Shown: positions 48,607-61,911, counted from the first letter of the whole stretch. The stretch: DNA of 61,998 bases, filler included, from Rhabdomonas costata (GCA_019059605.1; 23 parts of 23 records of this genome joined end to end with filler, not necessarily neighbours in it); one strand, 5' to 3'. Notes: generated from the letters alone by a model not told the origin. Translations and numbers: made by a program.

Positions 48607-50873
48607 GGGTTGTGGTGTAGGCCCCGAACATGCGGTGGTACACCCAGTCCCCGACGTTGAGCTCCGGGGTCCACACCCCCGTGTTGATGGTATCCAAGCT
48701 ATTGGGAAGGAGACAAGAACAGGCAAACCCCCCGGCGATAATTCGGGCGTGGGCGGTAAATGATGAACGAGAAGGGAAAGAGAACACAACTCATAAAGTG
48801 GCAACGTTCAGGAAGGTGCATCGCGGGGCTCCAAAAAAGCAACTAAACTTGACAGAAAGTGTAGCGGCTGAACAAGAGTGAGATAACGTCCAGCCGAAGA
48901 TGAGATGAACCTCAATCAAGAGGGGTCCAGCAAAGATGGAGAAAGGTCTGTCATATGCAGGGTTTTTTAATACTAATACGTAATCGTGACCTTTTGCACT
49001 TTTTCGTTTCGGGCCAGACGAAAGAGGCACTGCACTAGAAAAGGGGGGCAATACACAAACGACATGGGTGTGGAAATGACAGTGGGGAAGGGAAAGAGAA
49101 ACCAAACTGCAGTAACCCTGACAGCCGACTGCCCCCATGACTGCCCTCAAGGGAAACAAACACAACTGCGAATGGACCGCGCACACGGCTGAAAGATGGC
49201 AAGAGATCACTCCCACACGCATTCACGGACAAACACATTTCCAAAGCACCTATCACATGTAGGTCCGAAAAAGGTGCACGGAACCCATTTTGTGGTGTCG
49301 GCAATCTCCGGGTTGGACGAGAAAAGGACCTTGAAAGAAAACACGAAAGGTAAAAGTCCAGGATACTGCACGAAGCCATCGATCAGCCACGATCCCGAGG
49401 CAAAATAAATCCACAAGAAATTACATGTAGAATGAAGAACCACCTGGGTTTCTCGAGGGTGAACGCTGAATAAATTCATAAGATCGATGTGGATTCAAAA
49501 GATGCAAAGACCAGCCCTGCCATTTTCTCCCCTCAAACAGGTGACAAGGATGCTCGACACTGCAACTTATGGATTGCGGACTCAAAAACAAGGAGCGCCG
49601 ATCGTATTCGTTTCCCTTGCCCTTTTATACGCATAAAAACCGGAGCTTCCAATAGCAAATTACGAAATGTGCGGGCACACGTACCCGAGGAACAGGCTTC
49701 ACGTGATCGGTCAAGGCGCAATTCATCGATCCGTAGACTCCATCCGAGAGGTAATACTTGTACCCCACAACGCTGCCCTACGAAGAAAAATGCAGGGGTC
49801 AAACCCCCCGGCTGCAGCGAACACAAGATTGTACAACATATATGAGCCGCCAAAAATGAAAACTGGCCTGGAGTGCAAGGACCAGCGCGCAGCCGTTCCT
49901 GTGCTTCGGCTTATGCCCCACGTGTGATTTGGGAATGTATGAAAGGCGAGGTTCTGGTGACAGGAACAGTTGAAAGAACGGATTTGCAATGCCCCTGCAA
50001 GCGGACAAAGAGGGTGATGCCAAACACCGGAATTCCAAAATACAAGCCGGGGGTGTGGTCGAGGCGTGTCCCCCTGGTCCCGTCAAGGAACGGGTGGAGG
50101 ACGTTACAACTACTCATTCGAAAGGGTTCTCCCAAGCAATCTGTCCACCAATAATTTCCATGAGGCATATGCAACGTTTGTGGATGCGCCCTGCACCCCA
50201 ACCCAAGGCTAGAAGTTGCAGACACCGAGGGAAGGTCGAGCTTGTCTGGGCCCTGTCCCTCCGGCATAGGGGTGCGGTAAACCGGCCGCTTCGCAATCAC
50301 ACTGCAGGCGTGAGTGACAGCCTCCGTCGCGAAGTAGCGACCAGGCTCCGCAACGATTTCGTACCGAACCCCCTGAGAGTGAAACATTTTCCACCAAGTA
50401 CACGCGCGCTCTGAGTGGGAAAGGAATATAGCTAAAGCTGGAACAGATTTAGGGCACGCAGAGGACATTCGTAACTATCGATCTACGCCAATTGGACCGC
50501 AGGTGACTCGGCGAGGTCACCTAAATCACTTAAAACATATTGGGGGTGCTTCCACAAAGACACAGCCATCGCAGAAAGCCAGCAAGCAATCGTGAAAGCA
50601 GCTCGCTCAGGAGAAGAACACTGGGGAAACCTGTGTTTTGGGGTCGTCCGGGAAGAGTCGGTCCAGAAGTTTGCTGACGTGGATAGCGAACTCCGAGAAA
50701 GCGGGGATCTTTGTGACGCCGGACTTGTGGGCCTCTGGGTGAACGTGGTCCTCGGGGTTCTCGGCCTCCGGAAGGTTGTCCCCAATGTCGGCGCCCGGCC
50801 ACCCTCCCCCAATGTCCACAAAGTAGAGGTTGAAACCCTTAAACGGCAGCCCCAATCCCAAAAGAGCGGCTGT
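48607..50873 (-). CDS. ODC: Ornithine decarboxylase (group IV PLP-dependent), C-terminal half (exons 50873-50631, 50372-50226, 49777-49685, 49329-49250, 48698-48607)
   Basis: Motifs in the expected order: FVDIGGGW, IVAEPGRYF, YYLSDGVYGSMNCALTDH, FGPTCDSLD, PELNVGDW...GAYT. All joins are GT-AG; one extra small exon may lie in 50225-49778. Confidence 0.9.
49794..49920 (-). repeat. Dispersed ~130-bp repeat, copy 2 (in ODC intron)
   Basis: Reverse-complement match to 6699-6832. Confidence 0.85.
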
Positions 50874-52426
50874 CTGCACGTGTATATATGGTGAGTGCCA
50901 CTTCAGCACATGCAATAAAAATTTTCCACCCAGAAGATTGCCATACCACCTTCCGGGATGCTGAGCAGATCGTTTCCTGCTGTCCACGCTTCCACGCTTT
51001 ACGTTCAGAGACTATTAACTATCACTTCCCGCCCATTGCATCTCGTGGTGCCGTGCTGTTGGGATCCGGTCTATTTTTTTTTGGGGGGGGGCGTTCAACG
51101 GTATAATGATGTTATACGACAAAGACGAAATCAAACCAAGGAGCCCCGGCCCATCTAGATACGTAGCCACGTAGTGTTGAAATCAAACCCCACCACACAA
51201 CGTTATNNNNNNNNNNNNNNNNNNNNNNNNNNNNNNNNNNNNNNNNNNNNTTAATTAATTAANNNNNNNNNNNNNNNNNNNNNNNNNNNNNNNNNNNNNN
51301 NNNNNNGGTTTTTGTTGAAGGCAGTCTGATCACTGTCTGCTTTTAAGGGAAATTAAACCAAAGAGCGTCCTGGAGGGTTCGGGGGTGTCGGGTTGAGGCT
51401 TTCGCATCCACGCGGAGCTTAATGTTCCCGATGTACATCGTGCCTCTCCGTGGTTTTTTTTGTGTGCAGAGTTTGTGTATGTTTGCTTGTGAGATCTGAG
51501 GGTTCGCTGTGCTTTTGAGGCGCTGAAGGAGCTTGGTGTCCCTGTGTGTCCGTGCGGGTGTGTTTTTGTGGGTGCGTCCAAAATCTTAGCAAAATCTTAG
51601 GGGCTCGTTTACTGTTCTTCGACTGCCCTGTGCACTTTTTTTGTGTTCGCCGCGAAAGAACACGAAAAATATACATGCCACGGCATCCCTTTTATCAACA
51701 GATCTCCTCTCCCCATCAGCCAAAAAGGAAAACCACCTGCAAAAAGCATAAGCACAGACATTTGCACCACGCATATTTCCGTACTGTGGTCGCTCCTGCC
51801 CTCCTATATATGCCCTCTCTGTTGCAAAGGTGGTCCTGTCTTGGGGTAGAAGAAGGCTGTAAATGATATTTTTAGCTTTTTCCTGTTCCTTGTGTTTTGG
51901 TTTGTTTATGTAGTGTGAGAGAGTGCTTCGGCAAGTAGCGTGAAATTTTGTTTGTGTGAGAGTTGGGGGACGGGGGGCTTTGCTGTTTTTACTCGCTGTG
52001 TTGAATTTTGGGGAGAACCTAACCCCCCCCCTCCGTGTGCATTGCCGCCTGGTTTGCGTCATGCTTTCGTCACTATAGGGGGATTGGCAAATTTGAAATC
52101 CTCGTATTGCATTCTGCCCGAAAAGTTCGATGCATTGCCAATCGCTGCTTTGCCAATTGCTACAGTCTCAAGTGCGCGCTGCAAATGTGACCATGGACAT
52201 TCACTTTATCTAGAACATGTCCTTTGAAGATGAGGACCACAATAGTCCACTGACTGCATTTCTGAGAAAAGGCTGTCTCATTTTTGGCCAGAATGTGCCG
52301 CAATTATGTTCCATTTGGCACCCACGTTAGCTCAATGGTAGCCTTTCCTCTGGAAAAGTCTTTGTTTTTTCTTGTGTGGCAGGTCCTCAGCCTCCTCTTC
52401 AGATTCCCTCATCTCCGAACCTCGGC

Positions 52427-52575
52427 TGTCATCGATATGTTAGCGATCAAAACAAAANNNNNNNNNNNNNNNNNNNNNNNNNNNNNNNNNNNNNNNNNNN
52501 NNNNNNNNNNNNNNNNNNNNNNNNNNNNNNNNNNNNNNNNNNNNNNNNNNNNNTGTCATCGATATGTTAGCGATC
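52427..52575. other. Internal scaffold gap with duplicated flanks
   Basis: tgtcatcgatatgttagcgatc appears on both sides of the N-run at 52458-52553, and no TTAATTAATTAA linker is present. Confidence 0.85.
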
Positions 52576-53184
52576 CAAGCAAAAGCTTCTCCGGTTTATG
52601 ACTGATATCATCACTTCAACGCTGTTCCCGTGCAATGGAAAGACAGGAAGACAGTTTTCCAGTGCGGGTTTTTGTTTTGCTCAGATGACGTGGTTAACCG
52701 TCGACACTATCTCTGAGATCATTTATAGCACATGGCGGAATCGCTGACTTCATCCCTGCAGCAGCAGCTGCTGCTGTACCCAATGCAAAGGGAGGGCTGC
52801 GTCCGCGCGTAACATGCAGTCTCTGCAGCAAAAGGGGTGTGAGTCCCCGTTTGAGTGTAGGCGCTTTACCCATTTCTTTTTATGTGTGGGCAGAGGTCTT
52901 TGCCACTGAGTGGTACTTGTTCCGATCAGGGTAGGATTCGTCTCTGAAAGAAACTTGTGAAAGAGTTAAGCTCGGTGCTGGGCCTATGCAATCCATGTAT
53001 GTGGACCATGACTCCTAACAGTCATAATTTTTTTACACTGTTGAGGTGGTCACTTTTCCCGCGAAAAGTTGAGGGGTAGTTCCCTAAAACGCACTAGTCG
53101 GTCTTCGACTGTAGATACCTACCAACCCATTTTCGAGCCCTAAACCTTGTTGTGCAGGTTTTCAGATAGGAAGTTTGGTTCTGT

Positions 53185-53680
53185 GTGGTGTTGTGGAACG
53201 TCAACGAGCTCGACCCCCAAGCAAGTTCCCACCTTGCCGCCCGACTGCACCGCGTGACGAATTGGACCTCCTCCACGAAATACACCTCGCGAATGCACTG
53301 TCCCAACCTTCCGCCAAAGCCCTGCAACAACACTTGCACTAGTCCCCCAACCACAGCTGTAAAACCTTCAGCAGAGCACTCTCTTTTCCCCTCAAGTTGC
53401 TAGCTTCTCGTAATGTTACAGTATAACAGTGTGCGTGGTGGGGGTTCCACGTATATGATGTTCTAAATTAGAGCCCACCTGAATTGAACCCTGAAGCAGG
53501 CTCACTTTGCCTGTTACGTTCGTTGAAAGGTGTTTGAAAAGCGCAAAAAAGATCATCCTAGCAGGAATCGACCTTATGTTCGGCATCCGGTAAGGTCTGA
53601 CCCCAGCGAGATCCAATTGTACAAACTTTTTGTAGCTTTTTTCCCATAGCACCCCACATCGACCTAACCTACACAGGTCC
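53185..53680 (+). mobile_element. Possible decayed APE endonuclease of a non-LTR retrotransposon
   Basis: Ordered, frame-broken motifs: VVLWNVNEL (WNV.GL), DLLHEIHL (LQETHL), RGGG, IILAGIDL (II.GDFN), HIDLTYT (RID+). Confidence 0.4.
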
Positions 53681-54017
53681 TCGGGGTTCCTCTGTGGTTG
53701 CATTTTTGCAAGCCTCAGTCTTTAAGCACGGGCATGTTTCCGAAGCCTCTGTTTTCTTTCTGCTTTTGGCGTGTGTAGGACCTGGGCCTCCTCTTCTGAT
53801 TCCCTAATTTCCGAATCTCTTTGCAACAATGTCAATGATACAAGGCAGTATTTCTGCGGTGTCCCCGGATGAGCTGCCCGAATCATCAGCACCCACCCCC
53901 ACNNNNNNNNNNNNNNNNNNNNNNNNNNNNNNNNNNNNNNNNNNNNTTAATTAATTAANNNNNNNNNNNNNNNNNNNNNNNNNNNNNNNNNNNNNNNNNN
54001 NNTTTTTTTTCGTTCAG

Positions 54018-56048
54018 GACTCCATGATTGTCTTCGGGGGATTTGGGGTCAACGGCCTGGACCCTGGGCTTCGCGTCCTCACTCAACCCGATCCTCGCGC
54101 CCAAGCCGCGGTGATGGAGTGGTGGAGCAACCGATCCCTGGCCAAGGAGTCCTCTGGGAGTCATCTTCACCGCCGCTCCCGATCTGCAGGCTCGCCGAGG
54201 ACTCTCTCCGGGGAAGCTGGCACGCGTCCACGGTCGGCATCCCCACCTTTTCAGGATGAAAGTCACCCTGGCAAAAGGCGAGGCCCCCGGGCAGACGTTT
54301 TGGCCGCCAGAGCCTCACGTATCGCAAAACGCTGTGTTTTTCCTTCAACCTTGGGTTCCTCGAGCCTTTCGCTCGTCAATTCCAAGTACCATCGATAAAT
54401 CCTTTGAGATATACCCTTGTCGGGCACCCTTCTCCTTCCTTTGTTTCGTTTGTATCGTCTCAATTGCTAGGCACCTGCAGAGAAACCGCATTGGCTGCTG
54501 AATTGGTCCCTTATATTGGATGAATTTTTTCACCATCATAGAACTTCAGGATTTCCGGATTTCGGCGCGAGCTGCGCCACACCCAGAAAGCGTATAAAAT
54601 GTGAGGCAGTGGCCTTGTCTGCTGGTGGAAAGACTTCGTGCATATGCTGACGGATGCTGTGGTTTCGGAAAACAGGGTATGGGGGATGAAAATTGTGGGT
54701 GGCTTTAATTGCAGGCACCATTGAGGAGAGCCTTCGGCGCCCCGGCATTGCTGGGCAGAGGTTTGAGTTCAGGCGTCGGGTTTTCGCGTTTTTTCTCTGA
54801 AAGCAAGGGTTGGATGTTTTTCATCATCTTTTGACGTTATCCCCCCATTCAGGTGGTCTGAGATGGAGCTGGGCTATCTCAACGACATATTAACTTACAA
54901 CGTGAAATCAAAAGCCTGGACTCAAGTCCCCTCCAGTGGCCCGGGGCTGGACTTCAGGTGTGCTTGTTGGTGGCTTGACCTTTCTCCTTTGGAAACTGGC
55001 GTCTATGCTTGGCGCATCCATGCCGTCTTTCTGGCCCATTCTGGTGAGTAGCTTGCCAGTTGCAATATTCGAGCACCTCTATTTTTTTTATGAAGGTGCA
55101 GTTTGTTTCTCCTTTTCAAGGACGTTTCCTCCCCCCAATGCCCGTGCACCCTTCCCCCTCTTAGTATTTCGTTCACGATTTAGTGTATTCTGTCTGTAGG
55201 GCTGGGCACTCCGCTGTTCAGCTCAGGCATGAGATGATCGTGTTCGGAGGCTGGGGCATCGCCGTTGTGGAAAGAGTCACCACGGCAAGGGCTTTGGCTT
55301 GTTCACCCAGCTTGCAGGAGGGTAAGTGCCCCTTACTCCCGCGATTCTTTGGGAATATTTCATTATTTTTGGGTGTGGGATACTCCTTTTGCTCTGGCGT
55401 GATTATTTGCGTTGGGCGTGCGAAGCTCACGTTGTAGGCTTTCAAGACTACCTTGGCTTGGATTTGTGTGTATAGTGGGCGGCTTTCTTTTTGGTCAAAG
55501 ACGCAGGTTCCCATTTTCCGTTTTGTCTTTGCTTTCTACAACGAGCGTTTTTTTGTGCAAGTAACCGCTATGGAGACAGACTCTTGAAGAGGATGTGCCC
55601 TAGGGGGGAGAAGGCCAGATGGGCTCTGGCTCCATCGATAGTTGAGATCCCTCGGGAGGGGAAGAAGAACATCGAGTCTTTCTCCCTCCTACCCAATCAA
55701 AAAGTCATCTTGCCAAATTCGCACCGTATGCTTGTGTCCGGAACACACCAGATGGAAGCCGTCCTCCGACACCTGAGCCTGCGGTGTCCTACTCCACCCG
55801 GCAGTTCCTCCGCGGCGACCTGGCCGCTCTGGACTGCCGCAACTGGACCTGGACCACCCTCGTCCCCGAGGAGGAAGACGAGAACCCTGGCCCCTGCGCG
55901 CGCAGCGGACACAGCGCCTTCCTGGTCGGCCCTCCCCCGGGGGCCCGGGGGCCATACCGGGGGCCCTTCGGGGAGGAGGTCGTGATGGGCATCTTCGGGG
56001 GCCTGGGGCTTGTGGAGACTCCCGGGCAGCAAATCTCGGCAATCTCAG
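54018..56048 (+). CDS. Kelch-repeat beta-propeller protein, internal exons (54018-~54318, 54853-54957, 55200-55321, 55805-56048)
   Basis: MIVFGG; YLNDILTYNVKSKAWTQV...R/AGHSAVQLRHEMIVFGGWG; DLAALDCRNWTWT...PCARSGHSA...IFGG. Confidence 0.85.
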
Positions 56049-56730
56049 GTGTGTGATTGTACACATTGAGCTCCCATGGGGTTGGGCTAACATTGCGTGG
56101 AAATATTTCCGAGAAGTTCGGATTTTGTCTCGCTGGTTATCGGTCAACAAAACACTGTAAACAACAGGGCTGCGGCTGACATGACTGCGTTGTATCTGTT
56201 GAACTTGGATACGCCATAGTCTTTGGCGTTTTCTCCATATATCGTGTGTAATATCATAATTGTAGCCCCTGTGAATTGTATAAGTTTGGCTGTTCGAAAA
56301 GTATTTTGACTCTTGCGTTTTGCATCGTGGGTGTTGGATCTTACGCCGACCAAAAAAGAAGTCCGCATATGCACACCATGGCACGTCACCTTTGTGTGCT
56401 GATACATTTCATGCTATGGGAAAAATCCAAATTCACAGAATGCCTCAAGAGTCACGAGATCACCGGTGCGTGCTTGTTGGCCCTCTGTCTTCCATCGCCT
56501 CCTCCAGAGCTGCCCGAGGACTACCCCGCATCTAAATCCTCCCTGGAAGATGAGAATCCCGCTTCTGCGGCGGCATCTCCGCAGCCGGAACCACCAACAA
56601 NNNNNNNNNNNNNNNNNNNNNNNNNNNNNNNNNNNNNNNNNNNNTTAATTAATTAANNNNNNNNNNNNNNNNNNNNNNNNNNNNNNNNNNNNNNNNNNNN
56701 GGTGGTTTTTCATGGGGGGTGTGGATGCAG

Positions 56731-56877
56731 GTTGCGGTGTGCTTTCGGGACGGAATCGGCACGGAGAAGGCTCACCTTAGCGCGTTGGCCTGGACTGAGA
56801 AAGCCCAGGCCGCAGAGCAAAGGATCCGCCAGAAGAAGCTCGGGGATGGCGCCTCTGCCTCCAAGGACGATGACTAA
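56731..56877 (+). CDS. Terminal exon with a Sel1-like repeat
   Basis: cag|VAVCFRDGIGTEKAHLSALAWTEKAQAAEQRIRQKKLGDGASASKDDD-stop fits the SLR consensus +..CY..G.G..K....A..W..KA. Confidence 0.7.
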   Translation, partial: VAVCFRDGIGTEKAHLSALAWTEKAQAAEQRIRQKKLGDGASASKDDD

Positions 56878-58125
56878 GTGTGGGAACCGCATGGCATGGC
56901 GGGATTGACGAGCACCACACACCCAATGCCTTTTCCCTAGCGGTGGCACCTGAGAGTGAGATTGATGGGGACTACCAAATGTGTCGCACCCTTTGAGCAT
57001 GTTCTCTTTGCGTTTCGCGGTTTCTGATGAGAGGCAAGGGAAGGGCGAGGCCATGAATGTGCATAGCTGCAGCCCCAGTTCACAGGAAGAACCTTGGAAG
57101 CGACTTCGTCATGTCTCAGACCTGCATAGCGGGCGAACCCAAACCCCCAACCCCAACCCCGTAGAACCATCACCTGGCTGTGAAGAGTCGGATATCTGAA
57201 TCTGAATTCCAGAACTCTGAACACAGCCCAACACATCCCTGGTACACAACGGAATAACCGTAACTTACCGGCACCATCACGTCACGAGAAGCGGACCCGA
57301 GTAGCTAGCATCACAACGATAACCAGCCTCGAAGTACACCAACGGTCACGCCAAGCCCAACAAGAATGGAACCAAGCCCCCACTTCGACCCTCTGTGGCA
57401 CCAGACAAAACCCAGCAGCGGGCAAGCCGCAGAACTCAAACTCAAACTCAAAGGGCCACATGTCAACGGCCACCCTAGTAACGCCAAGGCCAACCTGCTA
57501 AGCTCATTTCACTGCAGCACCGAATCGTAGAGGATAACATCCACCCAGCCCGTGGACAGCGAGGCCCACGTGAACGAGGCCGAGGCATTTAAAGTTCCCA
57601 GCTCAGCCCCCCACAAGTGGGTTGGACACCCCGGGCTCTGGACCTGTTGATAGCGACAGCAAAAATTGATAGCGTTTGCTATTAACATTTTTTTCAGCGC
57701 TATATAGATTCTTCTTGTAGATTGTTTGTTGCTGAACTCCGCAAGAACTACTGTGCCTGTTCTGCAGAAGAAAAAGGTGTTTCACTCATCAGGCTGACAT
57801 TTTCTAGTTAATTTTCTGAATTCTCATTCGAGGATGGGGTGTGACTTCGTACCGATTGGTCAGCGAATTTCTTTTCATTTCAAGCTGTTTGTCAGTCAAG
57901 GGAATGCTGGCTGAGGACTTACCCTTGCTGGGCTTGCACAAACAATGGGTCAGCTTTTTTTGGACACCCGGAAGGGATCATCACCGCTATCCCGGAAATC
58001 CCTTGAACCCGGAAATCACGAACTCTGGTGCAACGATACATATATCTACACAATCGTTAACCCGTGAGTGAGAAATCCAAGACCAAAACTCGCTAAAAAC
58101 ACCCGAAATCTCACTACGACCTCAC

Positions 58126-58367
58126 CTGGAATCCAGTGACCTTGAGACAGAGCGAGACATTCTGCTTTGAGTAAGCTGGAAATCCCGATACATTATGCCC
58201 TCCCAATCGCTGGTGACATAACCGGCTCGAAACACATACCCTGATAGAGGAACACGCTCTGAGGTAACCAGGCATCCAACTGTCCCTAAGTCAAAGAAGA
58301 AAGCACTCACTGTAACCCCGCACACCACCTGAGGGCTGCCAGAGATGGTGATGCCACAACCCTCCAC
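58126..58367 (-). CDS. Candidate internal exon, unknown
   Basis: tag|VEGCGITISGSPQVVCGVTVSAFFFDLG...SLDS|gtgagg, stop-free. Confidence 0.35.
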
Positions 58368-59554
58368 CTAATGCACCCTTCAGTTATGCAATGTATGCAA
58401 TGTATGCAATGCGCGTGAATGAGAGCCCAACCTGTTGGAGTAAGACAGATCGCCACGGTCTAGTAACCCTTTCGTGTAAGCCCACTAACAGGATGACAAG
58501 ATACCCGCTGGTAAACCCACGGGGCTCTGGTGAAATCCTGTCCGAGTGATCAATGTCGTTTGTGAGATCCCCAATGTGTATAAAAGACCTTTGCATGCAC
58601 TCAATCCTCACACAAGGCTGCACCACCAAGGCCAACGTACACTCCCGTACTCTCCCAGTTGGCTGCTGAGATGAAGCCAGTTCACCCGACCCGGCCAGTT
58701 GTGTTGAACGTCCATGTGGGGTTCGCAGATTCCTTCGATCAGAATGCTGTTTTGATGAGCGGTGAAGCATGGTCAGTTGTGGCTTTCCAGAACGCAGAAT
58801 GTGCTGGCATCGGAAAGCAAAAGCACAAAGCGCGGCCAAAACAATCCTGTTTCTGTGTGCGGCATATCCCTGTACTTTTTGTCTTCTTGCTGTTTTATCC
58901 ATCAGTACAGAAAAGTCAGTATCTCTCTCTCCCTGAATATGCCCAACTCTGCGAGCTCGAGCGCGATTCATGTTCCAAGGGTGTGGAAGCGTGGGAAGTG
59001 GCCTCTCGTTCTCTTTTAGGTGGCTCAATGAAGAGAGAAAGGCGCTGCACTGCTGCTTTTCCCTCTAAAGGAACCCAGTACCGTAAATTATGCGCCGAAT
59101 TTCGAATTTCGGCTAAATTGCAGTAAATAGCAAAACGGCCATGGTGTTGGTTTAAGCAACGGTTTGCTGTCCTGCTTCTGGCTAAGTCTCCGTTCTAAGC
59201 TTGTTTTCACAGCCACGTGTTCCTATTCCACCGCGTTCAATGTGTTCGCTTCATAAACCTGGCCATTCTTGCTTGCTTTTCGGCCATACACCCACAACNN
59301 NNNNNNNNNNNNNNNNNNNNNNNNNNNNNNNNNNNNNNNNNNTTAATTAATTAANNNNNNNNNNNNNNNNNNNNNNNNNNNNNNNNNNNNNNNNNNNNGC
59401 CATTGAGCCACTTGTCGCCTTAAGATAGCTTTATTTTTTAAGAGGGGTGGTCGTCGGGCAGTAGCGGCCACGCTATTCCATGCTATGATAAGGCGATGAT
59501 CCTGTCTCTCTCATTGTCACTTCTCCATCTCTTTCCCTCCATCCCCTCCCTCAG

Positions 59555-61733
59555 GGCAGTGGACGACGTGGGCCTCTAAGGTCAGCCCCAGCCTGCAAGT
59601 GCTGGTGGGGCTGCCCGCCGCCCCTGCCGCCGCGGGCTCGGGGTACGTGCAGCCCAGCCTGCTGCCCGGGATCCTGGCGCAGCTGGTGAAGTACCCTAAC
59701 TTCGGAGGGTATCTGCGTTGCCAAGCTTTCGGTTTTTCTTTTTCAACCCGAACACATCTACCCTGCCCCCCCCCTTCCCATTCCCCTTGCCAGCTGCCGG
59801 ACTTGTGTTTTTTCTCGCTGAGTTCTTCTTGCGTAATCCCCTGCCTTCCCTTAGAATCATGCTGTGGGACGCCGGGTTTGACCAGGCCAACAACTATTAC
59901 TCTGCCTCCGTGCGAACTGCTTTCCAGGCCGCCGCTGGTTTGGCTGCCCCTCTTGCTCGCTCTTCTCTCGTTTCTGCCTTTTTTCCGTTATTGTCTTTCC
60001 ACCACTCCCCTCAGCCCCAGTACTGCTTTCTCCCTCTTCTACGTCTTGTCGTCTTTGCAACTTCCCAACTCCATCTGTTTCACCAACTGACGTTTTGCAC
60101 ACTTCTCACTAAGACCACCCGATCCTTTTTTCCGCACCCTGCGATTTCTCTGGCCAGTTTTTGTCACTTCCATCCCACCTCAGATCTTCGCTCGTTCACC
60201 AATACGAAGCCCCAGTTTAAAGGAAACAGGCATTCTTCTTCCATCCCGTCCTCACTGAATCCATCACCTGAACCCCCTATTTTTGGTACTGACTAATGTA
60301 CGGAGGCTGTCTGGCATCAAACCAAAATCACTTCTCAGGGCCCACGTGCTGCGTGGCCTCGTGTGCGGGGAAAGTCTGCGGGTCCGATGGTACGCCCTGC
60401 TCTCCACCGCACCTTTGTGCTCCTTCTCTCCCCGCACATTGCTCCTTGTGGCGATGGCCTTCCAGTTGCGCATTTGCCCTGCTGTAATGGGGAGCTCCTC
60501 CTTGCAACTGCCGAACGTTGTGCTTCAGCCGTTGTTGGCACAGGATCGAGAGATGCAAGAAACAGAAAGTGATCTGCCAGATCCCAGTGACACATTTTTT
60601 CTCTTTTTGCTTTTTTTGGTGTCAATTCGGGTCCACTCTTCTCTCCAACACATTCCAGCAGCAGATTGCGCTTGTCACAACCCCCTGTCAAATTGTACGA
60701 GCTGAGGTGGTTCTTTGTTGTCCATTTAGCGTTGCAGTCTGGAGTTCTTTTCCTGCTCTTCGTTGGGCGCTCGAAAAATGAAGTGAGGACCCGTCCAGAA
60801 GTGCGCATCTGTTCCCAAATTAGCAACACTGCAGAGAGAAGGTGTGGAACAATGGCCGGAGCACCAAAAGTAGGCAAGGGAAAGGAACGCAAAAAAGATG
60901 AGGGTGCCCTTTTTGTCCTTTCAGGTTGTGGAGGCTCCTGTGGGAACTGCACCTCTGGAACTTGCAGCTCTGGGCAGTGCGTGGCGAGCTGCACACCGTC
61001 GTGCGCCGGGAAGCAGTGCGGCAGCGACGGTAGGTGGGGGTTGTTGGTGGGGAGACATCGGGGACGCCTCATGTTTAAAGGGGTTCACCCCGAGTGAAGC
61101 CGCAGGCTTCTTCTATGGCACTTGTGTTCGCTGTCCACAAGCACGGAGAATTGATGAAGTGTAACGTAAGCGAGCAACGGTGCACCCTCCATGTCGAGGC
61201 GAGGTTGCTGGGTAAAAAAACCTGAACGGCCGTTGCTGCACTCTTTGTCCTGTGTTACAATGTGTAAGAAGGGGGGATGTGTGCTCAGGGTGTGGCGGCT
61301 TCTGCGGAGTGTGCAGCTCTGGAATGCTTTGCAACACCACCTCCGGGAAGTGCGTCAGCAACAGCAGCTGCACCACAGGTTTTGGGTCACACAGGGCCCT
61401 GGGGAGGAGGGGGGGTCACGGGGTAGTGGTGTGAACGCTTTGGCTGGGGTCTCGTACAGTTCACCACGTTCGCTTGTTTCCAGAGTTTCATATGCATGTC
61501 CACACACAAGACACATCTCAGGCTGCGCATCCGCCAGCGCGTTATGCGCCCAACTAGCGCCGACACTCACTGTCACATATGGACTCAGGCGGCGCTGGAC
61601 GGACTCTGGAGTCGCCAGCCTGTTTGCGCCTGTCAACGGGAACGGCGACATGCTCTTCGTGACGTTCTTCCAACCTGTGCCCGCTGGCCTTGACTGCCCA
61701 CAGCAAAGCCCGTGCTCCACCCTGTGGTCCTCG
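59555..61733 (+). CDS. GH18 class III (hevamine/Cts1-like) chitinase C-terminus followed by Cys-rich repeats (exons 59555-59708, 59855-59937, ~60339-60389, 60925-61029, 61289-61378, 61522-61733)
   Basis: QWTTWASK...VLVGLPAAPAAAGSGYV...KYPNFGG/IMLWDAGFDQANNYYS matches class III LGLPA...AAGSGY...+GG+MLW. It is followed by CAGKVCGSDG/CGGSCGNC...CTPSCAGKQCGSDG/CGGFCGVC. Confidence 0.85.
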
Positions 61734-61874
61734 GTATGCACTTTCAGCCCGCAATGCGATTGGTTGTTTGGTGCTTTTTGACACATGGGCTTCATCTTCT
61801 GGCCCAACCTGGACCCCTTATCCGGACCCCGTCTGCTAACCGAGCACATCTCTCAGACACGTGAGAGATGTGCT

Positions 61875-61876
<2 letters not shown>

Positions 61877-61911
<35 letters not shown>
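61877..61911 (+). repeat. (GA)n microsatellite, ~17 units
   Basis: Read directly from the sequence. Confidence 0.95.

Noticed and set aside
33450..50873. Polyamine gene cluster (SSAT-like + ODC)
   Set aside because: The genes lie on different contigs concatenated artificially, so their proximity is meaningless.
52427..52575. Target-site duplication around an unsequenced insertion
   Set aside because: More likely overlapping contig ends across a mis-sized scaffold gap.
2648..59354. Regularly spaced TTAATTAATTAA palindromes suggesting an array or CRISPR
   Set aside because: They are always embedded in N-runs and are a standard artificial six-frame stop linker. No real repeat-spacer array was seen.
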